DNA of 64,000 bases from Microthyrium microscopicum (taxonomy: Eukaryota): the NCBI GenBank assembly GCA_010405405.1, contig MU004240.1:138316-202315 (forward strand). Direction: 5' to 3'. The notes under the pieces were generated by a model, which had not been told where the DNA came from, did no database searches, and was given only the letters and a program-made list of their open reading frames with translations. Made by a program: the position numbers and the translations under genes. Below, one piece after another: positions 12,478 through 26,269 of this stretch; position 1 is the stretch's first letter; every line of letters starts with the position of its first letter.

Positions 12478-14358
12478 ATGGCAATACACCCAGGTATTCC
12501 GGGACTTAAGGTTTCTATCCAACAGGAGTTTAAACATCGGATTGAAACTCGGGTCGAATACGAAGTCAAAACTTTGAGCGAGGAGTTATTTCTCGAGATA
12601 GAAAGCTCGCCTATGATCAACGCGCCTCAAGTCATACGAAGAGTAAAACTGGATAATCCTCAGAATACCAAGAAGTTGTCCATCGAAATCGAGGTCGATG
12701 ATAGCTTTCCATGGAAGTTCCACGTCTGCGGCTGGCTTTATGTCAATGGTTGGAATAAGCGACATGTCCAGGCCGATCTTCCTCGACATGCCCTGGCCAA
12801 TCTTGCTTCTACTCGACCTTTCGTAGTCAAGAAGGGGATTAAGTACAAGTTCGAAGCCAAGTCTCACACTCAATGTGAACGGAACCCAGATTCAGCTCGT
12901 AAGTCAAATCGTAATCCATTCGACCTCATCGTGGCATCCTGAATCCTGGTGTGCTGACCAAACTTTGTCGCAGAACATGAGGAAGGCGTTCGTCGACATA
13001 AAGACCTGACAATCAAGGAGGCACGAAATCTTGGCCATGTCGTTGTTTGTGTCTATCGCACGTTCAATGCGGCCAGCAAAAATACCCGCAGTGCTGAAGG
13101 AGGCGGCGGTCTGGGATATCAACCCCAGGATCCGCCACCAAAACTCGAAGGCACCCCAATCAAGCCAGACCCGGATCGGACGTCCACCATACCCCGGCGG
13201 GCCACGAGCAGTGTTGTGCGCGTAAAAAGCGAGCCGGGTGACCCCTCGCGAGTTACGGCGTCGTAAGTCAAGTCTTGAAGTTTGCTCAATGGCATCTGAT
13301 AACACCCAGCTAGAAGCGCCAATCGGGCACCACGAAGCGCAAGAAGTGCTGGAGAACCATCTGGATCAGGTGGACGAGACCGGCAACTGGTTGCACAACC
13401 ACAAAGCCAACGTTCAAGCCGTCTAAGATACCAATATGTATCGGAAGACATACCGCCATACTCTCCATTGGTGTGTTTCAGATTCTATTGGGACCACGTT
13501 GGTAAGTGCTCCATTCTGGTCTTATTGTTCCTAGCTCCTTGTGCTCTCATTCTGTACCGGCCTTCAACTTTGCTGATATGTTCTAGGCGTTGATGTCACC
13601 TATGATATTGACACTGACGACTCCGATACCAGCCCGGGCTCCGATCGTAGTGAAAGCAGCGACTTGATGTCTGATGGGGGTGGCAACAATACGAACAATC
13701 AGACGAGCCCAAGCCGGCTCGATAGCGATGATGAGGATGACGACAACAACCTCAACGACAACAATGACAATGATGATGATCACGACAACGACGATGACGA
13801 CGACGGCGCAAATCTCTTCGTTCAGCCCAACAATCCGCAGCAAACCAAGCTACCAACCCGTGGCAAGCCTATCAGCAATGACGACTCGGCGGATACCGAC
13901 ATCGCCGCGCCGACCAGCCAAGGTCAAGGCAATTCCACTCAAGGTCTAGTTGGAGACCGTACGGCCAAATGCAAGGCCAAGAGTCAAGACCAAGCCGGAC
14001 CAGGCGCTGGACGTAAGCCTGCCACAAAGACCAGCGAAGCATCCGAGTCTGGCATCCGAAACTCCTCTGAGAGCTGCGATGAAGATGACTTCTTTGAGAT
14101 TACGAGTAAAGATGACTGGCAGGCTGCGAGGCAAAAGCGAAAAGGAGATTCAAAGAAGGAAAAGAGACGTGCAGAAGACACAGGTGGCTCTGCGAAGAAA
14201 CGGGCGAAAACATTCGACGTAAGCTCTCCATACTGATGTTCATTGTCACTACTCCTTACTGACTCTCGATGTAGATATCAGAGATGGAAAGGGTTGGCCG
14301 TGGTTGGGTGATTGATCCGGAGGATAATCGCTACAAGGAACTTGTTGTGATTGATTGA
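12478..14358 (+). CDS. DUF7918-like protein, paralogue 1 (most divergent), 5 exons
   Basis: Starts MAIHPGIPGLKVSI. Open frame through introns 12899-12973, ~13263-13313, 13502-13586 and 14219-14275. LGHVVVCVYR and PLVCFRFYW match family blocks; acidic and basic tail; ends KELVVID*. Confidence 0.7.
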
Positions 14359-15575
14359 GACAGCTATGTTATCTCACAGCAGCCACTTATATTTGTTGCA
14401 GACCGGTTAGAAACTTGTTACGGGCGAGGATACTCGAGGAGCTGCGCGAGCAGTTCTCAACAGTACAGAAAATGCTTTCAATACTCGACTTTCTCATTAC
14501 CTACACACTTGTACTGTAAGCATATGCAGACCATCCAATGTGATGAGAGACAAGAACAAAACTTAGTAGAGTCTGGCACCTTAGCTATTCATTTGATTGT
14601 CAAGCTCTTGCGCCGTCCTGTATTGTTCATCCATCAGACTTGTCGTCTGATTTCATCCATCTCACAGTAGCGCTGGTTTGATATCTTTTAAGGTATCAAA
14701 AGATGGCAATCACATCAGCCATCAGTACACAATACTTTCACTTTCAGAAGGGAATGTCTCCAGCCCACTGGGATCCTAGTCACTGTACGGAGTAGCAGAC
14801 CTAAGTTCCCAGCTTGCACAGAAACGTCGCTTGTTGCGCCATCGATCCCAAGAAGTGCTCTCGCGCTATCGTGCTCCGAAGCAGCGAGTATGTTCAATGA
14901 ATTGATGGAACTGGGAGTCATGGCCAAAGATGTCCGTCAATGGCAGATAGGGTAGCTGAATTGTCGAAGGACCAGATTGGTAGGTGCGTTTGAGGCTGAG
15001 AGCGCCAGGCGGACAATACGTGTTGCGAAGTCACTGTACCAATAGTTACGGCATCCTGGTAGTTCCTGACGAGTCTCATGAGACAAAGAAGTACCGACTC
15101 ATTGAGTGGGAAAGGACAGGAGACAGTGACCATAATCGCTTCGCAGTCATGCCTGGGACTGGTAGTGGCGTTTCCGCCTAATGGTGCATGATCAAGAAGC
15201 AGCTCTTGGCCAACAGTCACATCGTCTCAGTTTGAAGCCTTTGGTCAGTAGAGGAAGGATCATTAATTTGAGAGGTGAAGAGTGAGGTATCAAGATACGA
15301 GGTTTCCTGATTGAAGATCTGAAGACTGAAGACTGAAGTTGAGGCGTATCTGGTGACATCGCGCCTAGCTCGCGTTGGTTTCCAAGGTTTCAGACGCGCA
15401 CGACGCGTCCTTGAAGCTCCAAGTGCCCACTTTTATCTCCCTAACAGGCTAACACCAACAACTCCCCTCCCCACATGCACCTGCCCTGCATCCTATTTCC
15501 TAGCTGCTCATCAACCAACCATCCTCAGCCTTACGACTCCTATCAACTCTCGACTTTGACCAACCATCGCAAGCA

Positions 15576-16742
15576 ATGCCGAAAATTCCCACCATACCCG
15601 GCCTGTCGGCTGCAATACGTATCGATGAGGAAACGCTTCATGAATATGATAATGAGGACGAGTTCACTGGTCCAAACAAGATTAGCAAGTACATCGAAGC
15701 AGTCCCTGGAGCCCAATGGGACGTCACCATAAGTGTTGACAAAACCTACCATCATCTGGGCTTGGACATGACATGCTACCTATACATTGATGGCCAACGC
15801 GTTGAAAACGTGTTTGTGGACAAATCGATCTACCTCTCCCGTTCATCAGTCAAGTACTGTGGTAGAATCCAAGGATCTCACTCCTACACAAACGGAGTCG
15901 CCGAACGAAGACCATTTGTCTTTAGCGAGCTGCAAATTGGTAATATATCCCGTCGATTGGCGTGTTAATTGCATACGCTAACCGTGGCCTTTAGAAGAAC
16001 GCTCGCTGAATGCCTCCGACAAGGACCTTCTGAAGAAGGCTAAACACCTTGGAACGATACGATTGATTGTCGTGCGGTGTCGCAAAATCTCCGACCTTGG
16101 TCACATTCAGGCGACCAAAGCTGCCCTACATGGGCGCAACAAGATTCCCGAAAAGCTACTCAAAGGAAAGGCGATATCTTCACTGGCAGGGTACAACAAA
16201 ACTCCAATCTGTTCATGGCATGTTTGCTGATTAAAACTAGTTATGGTGCAGCAGTTTCATCGGCTCCTCGTAATCACGTCAATTGCGACGACATCGATAC
16301 GACGGATGCTCCGCTAGCCGATTTCGTATGGCACTACCGAACATCAGGTAGGTTTCCACTGGTGCCGGCATTTTGTAATCTAACATTGTCTAGAGGATCT
16401 CCGCAAAGAGGGCATAGTCCCTCGCACTCCATCGCCTGAGCCTCTGGAAGATCGACCTCGAGACGAGCTCTCTGCAGCAGAGCTTCGTGAGCTACTCCAG
16501 CGTGAACAGGTCTGTATTGATATTTATAAAAGGTTATGCCAAGAATCGCGATCGCTAACTGTCGAAAGGAGCGCAATACACAGCTCAAGAAAGAGCGCGA
16601 TGCCGCTCGAGTAAAACGTGAACGTAGTACCACGATCCAGTTCGAAGACGGCGAAGAATTGTCTTTCATTTCCACCAAACCTGCCAAGCGCCAGCGAGTG
16701 TCTATTGAGGATGCTCAAGTCATTGATCTCACAGAAGATTGA
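15576..16742 (+). CDS. DUF7918-like protein, paralogue 2, 5 exons
   Basis: MPKIPTIPGLSAAIRIDEETLHEY, KYIEAVPG, LYIDGQ, FVFSEL, LGTIRL, KIPEKLLKGKAIS, FVWHYRTS, GIVPRTPSPEPLE. Ends KPAKRQR..QVIDLTED*. Confidence 0.85.
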
Positions 16743-17394
16743 AGTCTGGCTTGATGAAGCTACCAAGAGGTCGTTGTACGTTCGATTGATCGCAGGATGG
16801 CTGATACCTGCTTACGTGACCGTTGGCGTTTTGCTGGACAGGTTGCCGATTCTGTGTGGTTCATGAATGGGTGCGGCACTTGATGGTCTATTTTTGATTT
16901 GTTCATGTCTGGTCATGTTATGGGCTCTGGCCGATTGATTCTTGTTTACTATTTCTTGTTTCTCTGCCCACCACAGCAAACATCATGTTCAAATGTCACA
17001 GTTATGGCCAAAAGTAGTTACCCAGGGAGATAGTATTCTCTAATCAAATATTGTACGAAGTGGACAGCGCTTCAATTTCAATCCGCAGCCCAGTGATCGA
17101 TTGATGCAGTTGTTAAGACGTTCTTTCCTTGAACCCGCTGTGGACCTTCCACTATCTATACAGACGCTCACAGGCTCCTTCCACACATACTCGCAGGCTC
17201 CTTCCTGATCAGTGATATGCTATAGCAGCTACTTCCCAGTCAAGACAGCTGCCTAAAGGCAATTCTAACTTCATCTCTTCATCTTGCCCCTCTCAACCTT
17301 CTTTACCTCTCTTCAACCAACCTTCTTTACTACTCATTCCTGTCTTTGTCTTCTCATTGTCTTTCTTTCAAGTACATCAAGATCCGCTCCTACA

Positions 17395-19096
17395 ATGGCC
17401 ATCATACCAGGTATTGAGGGCCTAGACGTGGTAATCCGAGTGGCCGGAAAGCCCACATACGAGTACGAGGATCCTGATGGCCCTCGAGGTCAAAACACTG
17501 CACGAACCGAGACTCTATACATCGAGAGCCAGCCTGGAAAGCGCTTTGCGGTCGACATCATGATTCGCAAAGAATTTGCCCATCACTGCCGCTCTCACAT
17601 AGCAGCTCACATCTTTGTCGACGGTGCTCTAACCAACCGCCGCACCTTCTACGCTGGCCAGATCGTTTATGGCAAGAATCAAGTTGTGACTGGAGCGGAA
17701 GACTTCATCGACGGGATGCAGGTGAAGCGTGACTTCATTTTCGCAGAAACGGTCACTGGTACGTGCTCAACTCATCATCCCCGACTTCTACCATCAGATG
17801 TGATGTCTGCCATTGATTGTCATTGGGCTTATCGCCAAATATGAGCTTTGCTAACCAACATTTAGTTGATAATGAAGACGAAAACATCGTATTGAGCAAC
17901 ACCGAGCAGGAGTATGTTCAGTGTATGGGGGAGATTGCGGTGTGCTTCTACCGCAAGGAAGAACGCGAGGAGCAATGGGGTCAATATCGTGTTGGAAGAG
18001 CCCGGAATCGACATGAGCCACAGAACCGCCTGGCGAGACTCGAGAATCTCCATGCCATTCCCGAGAAGGCTCTGAAAGGCCGAGCAGTGTCCCTTCGAAC
18101 ACGGTGAGTATACATCTATCCTTTCTTGCAGACTTCACTGACGTAGATCAGTTTTGGCCAAGCCAAGTCCTATCCTATGAGACCGGAGAAACTTGGCCAA
18201 AAGTCCATTCGGTATAGATGGCTGGATCCCCCTAATCGTCGTACGTTATCCATTCCGGACCTAAACGAGTGCGACGGCAAAATCAGCGTCTCTTCTTGAA
18301 GAAGAGATGATGGTAGACGTCGTGGTCGATGGGAGAACCCCAGAAGATCCAAAGGTTAACACAAAGTGCAAAGCTTTTGGAAGCTTCGTTTTCCGATACC
18401 GAACACTTCGTGAGTTACTGCCCGTCAAGTGGGGAAGAGAAATATCTCACAATTAAGCAGGAGATCTAAAAGCCGAAATGATCATTCCGCGAACTCCGTC
18501 GCCAGAGCCTGAACATCATCAGCGTCCTTGCGATACCGACACCTACATGTCGGGCTACTACGACCAGCAGTACCCAGAGCATTACGACACTCGTCGTCAG
18601 GCTGGACAGGGAACTTTCAGCTCAGGGAGAGTCTCAGTGCCGCAGTTTCCAGGCTTCCATCGCCTCTCACCAATCATGGACCAAAACCATGAGCACGAAG
18701 ATGACGGTAAGATTCTCTGCATCAAAACTCAATTCTTGCCCCCATCGAAGATATCCCAACATGTATGGAGGCTCGTATCGCGTTCGATGGCTTCCAGCGA
18801 ATGCTCTGCGGGTTCATCAATAAATCCCATTTGAAGGCTCCAGCGCTTGTTTGACTCGAATGATACTCTTCGTTATTCGTGTGTACTAACAAATCTCAGA
18901 TGACGTTGTTTTCATGTCATCGAGACCACGAATTGGTCGGCAAGGGGATGTGGATCACCACGATCGCGCAAACTACTATCGCGATGTCAACTACGATGAC
19001 AGTTACGACGACAACATGCATCCCAGTCGTCGCAATCGGTACAATGATGGCACGCCAGTCCCACCAGACCGGTACGTCGTCGACTTGACTGCATAA
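17395..19096 (+). CDS. DUF7918-like protein, paralogue 3, 6 exons
   Basis: MAIIPGIEGLDVVIRVAG..YEY, YIESQPG, IFVDG, FIFAE, MGEIAVCFYR, IPEKALKGRAVS, FVFRYRTL, MIIPRTPSPEP. Ends YVVDLTA*. Confidence 0.85.
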
Positions 19097-19448
19097 CGTC
19101 AACCAGTCTGCAAACTATGCCGTCACATGAACCCAGATGAAGCATGGAGATAGCGGGCCAGTATTTGTACTTGTTCGATTAAGCTGGTGGGAAGATATCA
19201 GATGGTGGCTGTCAAGTTTCGGAGATCCAGTTGCAAGGCGAGGGGTCCTTTCCAGTGTTTCACAAAGGCTCAAGAAGCTTGAAGTATAGATATTGTATTA
19301 TATCTTATGTACTCGTCCACTGTGGCATAGTCTAGACATAAGGGTATACTGTACATGCCACTTGCTTCATCCAACCAAAAAGCAGAAGGGTATCAATTAC
19401 AGACATTAAAAAGAATAACATGTGTCGCGAGCCATTAGCAAGAGGCTA

Positions 19449-22030
19449 TCACCGTTCTCGCCATCTAGCACTGGTCATGCGGAATAGTTCATCAACATAG
19501 GTTGGTGCCTCGCTGGCCACACCAGCTTCGGAGCGGACACCAAGTTCCGACATCTCCACATGGCCATCCTTGTCAAATACCTCGACCTTCGTGTCGGAGC
19601 TGACCATGATACCTCCAAAGGCAAGTGACCGCCGCCGTGTTGAACCTGAGTCTGTTTTGATCGCATCCTTCTCGATCGAAATTGTCTCATCGGCTAACGG
19701 CGTGAAGCTGTCTCGCGGTGTGCCGCCTACCGAGACACTTGGAATTGACAGACGTGAGAATCGTTTACTATCCGTCTTCTTTGCAGTGCGAGATCCCCGA
19801 CGGAAATTTTGAATGTCTTTGTGAGTGAGGATAGCTGCAAACTCGCGATGTATACGTTGTGCCAGAATGCTGTGGTCGGGCGAGTGCTTGTACACACGCT
19901 GTATGCACTGGAAGAAGCTGAGTGGGATGTAGGTTACCCGCGTGGACTTGACGGATGCGCCATGCACATCTGGAATGACGGAGAAAGCATAGAGCTGCGG
20001 TGGACTCTCATCGCGGTTGTCGCCGAGGCCAGGGGCGGCGACTGGCTGTGCGCTGAAGACTGCTTGCTTGAAGAAGTCCTCGGGGACAAGTTCCGTCAGT
20101 TTGGTGATCTGGTCAAGCAAGTGCTCGATAAAGTCGCTCTCCTCAGTGGTGGTGGCGTCGGGCGAGACGTTGTTGAGGTAAGCGATGCATTGGCCAACGG
20201 AGAGACCGTCGAGCTGATGCAGGCGGGCGAGTTGAGACATTTTTAGGGGTGCATTGCTCAATTCGACGTGAGGCAGTTCATTGGGGCGGTTGGCGGGCAC
20301 GAGGATGTCCCAGCTGCGATTAGAAGCCTTGACGGTTGCGCGAATAGCGAAACAGGCGAGGTAGGAGCCTGAAGCGGAGAGGGGTTCGTGAGGTTGCGAG
20401 TATGTCCAGAGACGCTCGACGGTGTTTGTAATGTCCGCATGGGGAACTTTCATGGTGCGCGAGATGATTTCTGAAACGGCCTTTGGTTGCGCAAAGCGAT
20501 ATCCAACTGCCGTGAGCTTGGCTGCTTCAGCTTTATCGACACGACGAACAACAAAGAGAAGTTGGCCTTTGCCGAACATGGTTGGGAAACCTAGACCCTT
20601 TTCGAGGTCAGAGTAGCCACGTTTTTTGGTGAATTCGTTTGATATGCTGCCGGTGGTGAGGATGCCATTGTAGAGAACACCGACGTCTTCCAGTGGAACG
20701 TCTAGACTGGTCGCAAGCTCCTCTGCTGCGACACAGAAGTATTCGCGAAAGACGACGGAGTAATCGCTTTCAATATCGCTTTCCTCATAAGTGCTCAGGG
20801 TGCCACCTGTGCTTGGCCTAGAGTGACGGCTTCTATCCTTAATGAAGCCGACTGCTCTGAGATGGCTCCGCATACCAGGTACAAGGTCGGTTACAGATGG
20901 CCAGTTGAACGTTACACGATAAAGCCACTGGAAGACGGGATGCGCCACATTGAATTCATCGTCGAATGACTGGACACGGTTAGTGGAGCGGACAGACAGC
21001 GTTTCGAGATGCATACCTTTTGATTGAACTGCTTCGTCACCTTACGACAAGGCGGAAGACCCTCCTGGGTGACCAGAAGTTTGCCTTCTGAATCAAAAGT
21101 TGCGGAAGCTAACACGACATGCTGAGCTCTGTCGGCGAGCATCCTCTTCCGACGCTGTGTCAAAAATGCGAACACAAAGCAGACCGCACAGGCCAGTATT
21201 GCCTACACAACATGTTAGAGCATGCTAATTTGAGCAGAGTAGAAAAAACTTACGCATATCATTGCCACAATGAGATTGACATTGCGGTCGTATGTGCGAT
21301 TAACCACCCAGTATCGTAGTCTGTAGGTTGTACCGACTGTGGCGAGCCAATGCATACCCGAGACAGCACCAGCAAGCAAAACTGAGCATGCCATTCTTCG
21401 GAAAATCGTGTTGAGCCACCTTTCCTTGAAGTAGAAGAACAGTGACAGGGCAATAATTGAAGCAACTATGGCAATTGCCGCAGCGCCAACAACGTATGCA
21501 GCGGGATTACCAAGATCGTAATTGCTAATACCAAAGTTTCCAACATAGTGCATGCCCGTTATAGCGAGTCCGGTAATGACACCAGTCACGATGAGTAGAG
21601 GCCAGAAGGCGGTCTCTTCAGGAGTCCGGAATTGCACGAGGCTGAATCCGAAGAACAGAAAGACGATGGGGAGAAAGACTGATAGGGCTGTGAATCCGGG
21701 GCTGTAGTATAGTTGCAATTCTGGTCTTCCATCGCCTAGTATGATGGCGCGGTTACCAACGAAATGCATGCACCAAATCGCTACCAGTCCCATGGATACG
21801 GCAATTCCAAGCTGATATAACCTATTTCTTAGTTAGCCAGATAATGTGGACAGCTGACTTTTAGCTTACCAGTTGACCCATCCTTTCTGCCGACTTTTTC
21901 GATGTAAAAGTTCGACTGCTGTGAAGGCTCCTAATATGGCGGGAATGACAGAGGCGACGATGATTTGAGGTGAGAAGTGATAAGGCACTATATCGCCTTT
22001 GGCGTATGTGATGGTAGAGTCGTTCGTCAT
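19449..22030 (-). CDS. Fungal MHYT-domain integral membrane signalling protein, 4 exons
   Basis: Repeated AIWCMHFVG / ITGMHYVG / VSGMHW motifs, followed by a cytoplasmic domain (VLASATFDSEGKLLVTQEGLPPC, HPVFQWLYRVT, GKGQLLF). Confidence 0.9.
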
Positions 22031-24517
22031 ATTTGATTGGTTGAAAGCATGAATTTGAAGATGTAGATAACCCTGAGTCGATCGCAGGGCTGGAATTATC
22101 GATTGTTTATATGCTGTTGATGTTTTCAAAGGCTATTCACTTCCTTACCAAACCAGCAGGTAAGGTCCAACGTATTGATATGGTGACAGCAGTGAGTCGC
22201 GGGACCAATAAGCCAGTGAGGTGTTGACTCGAAAGATGAGTTGCTGAAAAAAAGAGAGAGGGTATGTACAAAAAGACAAGAAATGAGAGTCCAGGAAGTC
22301 CGATATGGGATTTAACACTCCGGATTCCAGGATTTAAGTACAAATCAGGCTATATGTCGCTGGATGCCAGGCGGACCATTCGCATCATCTACTCCCGAAG
22401 AATGGCCAGTCCAGTCTAGAATCGGATACTTTGATGGTGAGAACAAGATGTTTCCAAAATATCGGTAGGTCCCAGCGGAATTAATTGAAAACGTGGTCGT
22501 TGAGTGAGATTGTCGCGTGCTCGATATGGAATTGTTGGTACCGACAGATTTCTCCTAGGGAAGAAGGTGCGAAGGTTGGGAGCGTGGTGGTAGGGAAGGA
22601 AGGGGAGTCTAACAGACTAACACAGGGGTGGCCAGGCTTTTGACTTCTTTCCACTTTTTGCTGCACCACCAACACAAAGACTGGCAGACTGGCAAGATAC
22701 ACTACTACTGGACTTCGAGACCTCGGCGATGGGGAAGTGGTTGTTCAAGTCTGGTTCAAACGGTCACTAATTGATTCAAAGTGCGATTCTGCTTGTCTTG
22801 AAAAGGAGAACAACCTGGGTGAGGCGGCATTGATGCCATACAAGCTCATAGCGATTGAAAGCACTACTGGCACTTGGACAAATCCGTTGCAACACGGCGC
22901 GGCTTGCCTCTTTCTCTCCACCTCTCCACGTCAAGGTTGGACAAGTTTAACTGGTCAAGCACCTTCGCGGCGCGCTCATTCGATCGGAGTCGTCGGCAGG
23001 CTCATCAAGCCACAAATGCAAGAGGAACGGCAAACAACCCCTCTAAGGCTCTAAGCAGAAAATAGCAATTGCTGTTGGCTGACTGTGCAGTGTGCGAACG
23101 TCACGAACTCACAGCAGCGCACACTCGCCTTGACCCGCTGTCCGCTATCTTTACCGTTGGACGCCATCAGACCAAGCTAGCACTACTTTGGAAAACTAAG
23201 GCTCTTAAATCGCTGGAAAGGGGTCCCTCCCTTGCAGTAAGTTTGACGCGAAAGGTGGATGCAGTTCCCTCCTTTATCCAGTTCCAGCTGAGACCCCCGA
23301 CGTGGATCTTGCTTTTACCGGGTGCCAGACGGGCGGATGGGCACTGTACCGGAGGCATTTTCTTGATACTTGCGCTCGCTTAACAAAGCCCGTATCTGAT
23401 CGTAAAAGCGCTGCGAGATGCTCGAATATGCGCACACTATTGCCTGCGAGATGGATTTGACGGCCCGCGATGCTGCACTGTCAATTTTGAGGCTTTCCAA
23501 GAATATTTATCTATCAGAGAGGCGAGCCTTGCCAATGCGCGTTGTAGAATTCGGCCTATCGAATAGCGCAAGAAAGAATACATGGCGCTGTGGCTTGATT
23601 TGGATTCATCTTGCTAATCCCTGTTGCGGATCACGGTTGGGTCAATTCACATTTCCAGGCCCTGCCCGTTGACAACCTCGCTGAGCAGTGAGGACCCTTG
23701 GAAAATACCTTCCTCGAATTGTGTGACCAGTCCTCACGATGTGCAGATTTGGCAGTCGTATTTCGGAGAAAAGCAACAATCAGGCCTGTTGATCGAAACC
23801 CCGTCGTCTTATCCGAGAGCGAATGGCGATAGACGAGGTTGGAGGTATCGAGATCTAAACGAATGGGATGCCTTGTGATGCTTAGAGTATCTATCATCTT
23901 TCAAAGTACCAATGATCGTTCGACCCCATGCAAATTATTCTACCTGTCATACACCAAATTAGGGTGTGATAACACGAAGCTTAAATTTACTCCGTCTAAA
24001 GTTCCCCATTGTTCGCCGCAGTGTTCACCAATATTCCAACCTCATCTTGACTTCTCAGGCTGGCCCCATTCTTCAACGGCTTGAGGTTGTGGCCACTAAT
24101 TTCGAATTATCAAAATATTCAGCCATGGCGGCTTTTAAACTCGCTTGTCAGCTAGCTATTCAAGGCCAGTGAATGAATTGGGAGACGTGATTGGAGAATT
24201 TTTGTCTGCACGTCCACTTACGTGATAGATAAATATATTATAGCTCCGCTATCTGAACTGTCAATAGAGCGCAAATACAAGTGCGAGACAAATTCGTTAC
24301 TTCATTCTCAATCTCGAGGCAGGCTGTCAGCACGATGGTCAATAGTACTCCGCATGTTCAACGTTTGAAGACCAAGAGCTAGGAATTTGACGCAGCCTGT
24401 CTCTCGTCTTCGGACATTTGACTATTGCGGTGTTGAAAAGAAGACAAGGGTATTCTGCATCTCACTGGTAGTCTGATAGAGCGTAAAATGGGTGCAATCA
24501 ATCAGGTATTTAGAGGC

Positions 24518-25979
24518 TCAAAAAAGCATTTCTTCCCTTACATTTTCCTCCTCCAGATCCTCTACATAAGCCATTTCCATTTCGATATCCATATCTTCAA
24601 GATCATTTGTCTGCCGAGACATGACATTCCTTTTCCTTCGCTTAGGTCCAACGGACATCAACGTCTCTGATTGCCTGACATCCCTCTGTGGGGTCAGTAG
24701 CTTCCATAACCTATGGTACACTAATGCGTTCCGCGTCTTTACGTCGGGTTCACCTTCCTTTTCATCATTTTGCGGGGCTCTGGACGGATCCGCTAAAAGT
24801 GATAGTTTATACTTCAGGGATGGCGACTGGATTCGCTGATTCAGTGATGTGGAAGAAAGAGAGCGTGCGATTGTCTGCATCAAAGGTATTCTTGTGGCGA
24901 TGTTCTATTCCACTTGTCAGAAGGGGACTTTGAAGATTTGCATGGCACTTACCGCCAGAAAGCGCGGTGAAAAAATTGATGGGACCAACTCTCTTAGACT
25001 GCTGGCCATGGAATTTTCCGTAACGATCACTTGACTTGACGGATCGCTTGATCCATGCAACAGAACTTGGATCAGTCCTTCGATGAGAAGGAAGTGCTCA
25101 TGCACAACATGTTCTTCCTTTGGAATCTCTCCGTCGAGTTCCCTTGAGACTTGTGGTTCGTCGAAGAGGGACACGTCTGTTTGGGATGATTCTAAGCTCA
25201 CAGGACAACTCGAGGCTGTCGAGTCTATCAACGCTTCAAACTCAAACTCATCATCGGATTCAACAATAATTGGTGAACTGTCGTCTACCCATGCTCCAGA
25301 TTCGAGAAATGGATCTCGATTGTCTTGCCGAATCTCATCTAAGGTATCGTAACCGTAGATTGGCGAAGACGAGGCAACCTCTTCCACCCAGTCTTCGGGT
25401 AATTCGCTTCCATTAGCCGAGACGAGTTGAACATCAATGTTGATCGCACGCAGAGCTACACTCTCAAACGATTCTGGAGGAGCAACATCAGCTGGCGAGA
25501 TGGTGCAGCGTTGCTTTTTGGACACATTCTTGATGTTGTACGTGGGTGATTCGCGATTGAACTGCAGATTGATGTGTATGATGGACGAAGTCCCAAAAAG
25601 GTCATCGTCCACTTCCGAGTCATTGTTCGGCAATGTCGCTAGCATAGCAGATTCCTCCCATATCTTCATGGGGTCAGTTAAGTGACTGCATGCGTTATAG
25701 ACTACTCACGTTGCTATTGCAGAGTGACTGGGCCATTACAGCCACATTTTGGCTGCTGTAGGGAGAGTTGTCCAGCGTCAGGTTTAGGCGCATATGCATC
25801 CCAACCTCACGGCATATCCAGTGACGCCCAAGAGTTGTTATGGGATCTTCGTTCCAGTGAGTGTGATCTGACGTGGTTCCGCCAGGTAGATTAAGTGAGA
25901 GATGTGTTTGCGAGGAAAGCATGGTATTCGATATCGGAGAAGAAAGGTCCAAAGACCCAAGACGTATCGCTAGAGACAT
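24518..25979 (-). CDS. Hypothetical acidic protein, 3 exons (start uncertain)
   Basis: ORFs 25695-25994, 24917-25669 and 24518-24883 can be joined at GT..AG sites; acidic C-terminus EEMLF*. Confidence 0.55.
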
Positions 25980-26269
25980 GAGACGAGAATCCAAAGGCTA
26001 ATATTATGAAATTGATCCATTTGCTAAAGTTCAGGAGACATTTGGATCGGGCATGAGGTGAAGTTGGGATCCCGAATGCAACAACACCAGAAACATCCTA
26101 GCTCCGTCTGAAGTGAGGAAGGCACGATAGACCCGACCACTACTCTTTGCGAAAATCCCTGTTGAATCTGAACTTCATCGTTTCCCTTGTAAACACCAAC
26201 TGATCGTTCAATAACTGTACTTGTCGTGCATGCCATGTCTCCATTTCGCCATACAAATTCGTTGAAGCA

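Noticed and set aside
14700..15220. Short ORFs between DUF7918-like paralogues 1 and 2 as a fourth copy
   Set aside because: No family motifs and no convincing splice model.
22137..24172. Many 60-105 aa ORFs upstream of the MHYT gene
   Set aside because: No recognisable motifs, mostly non-ATG starts; treated as intergenic.
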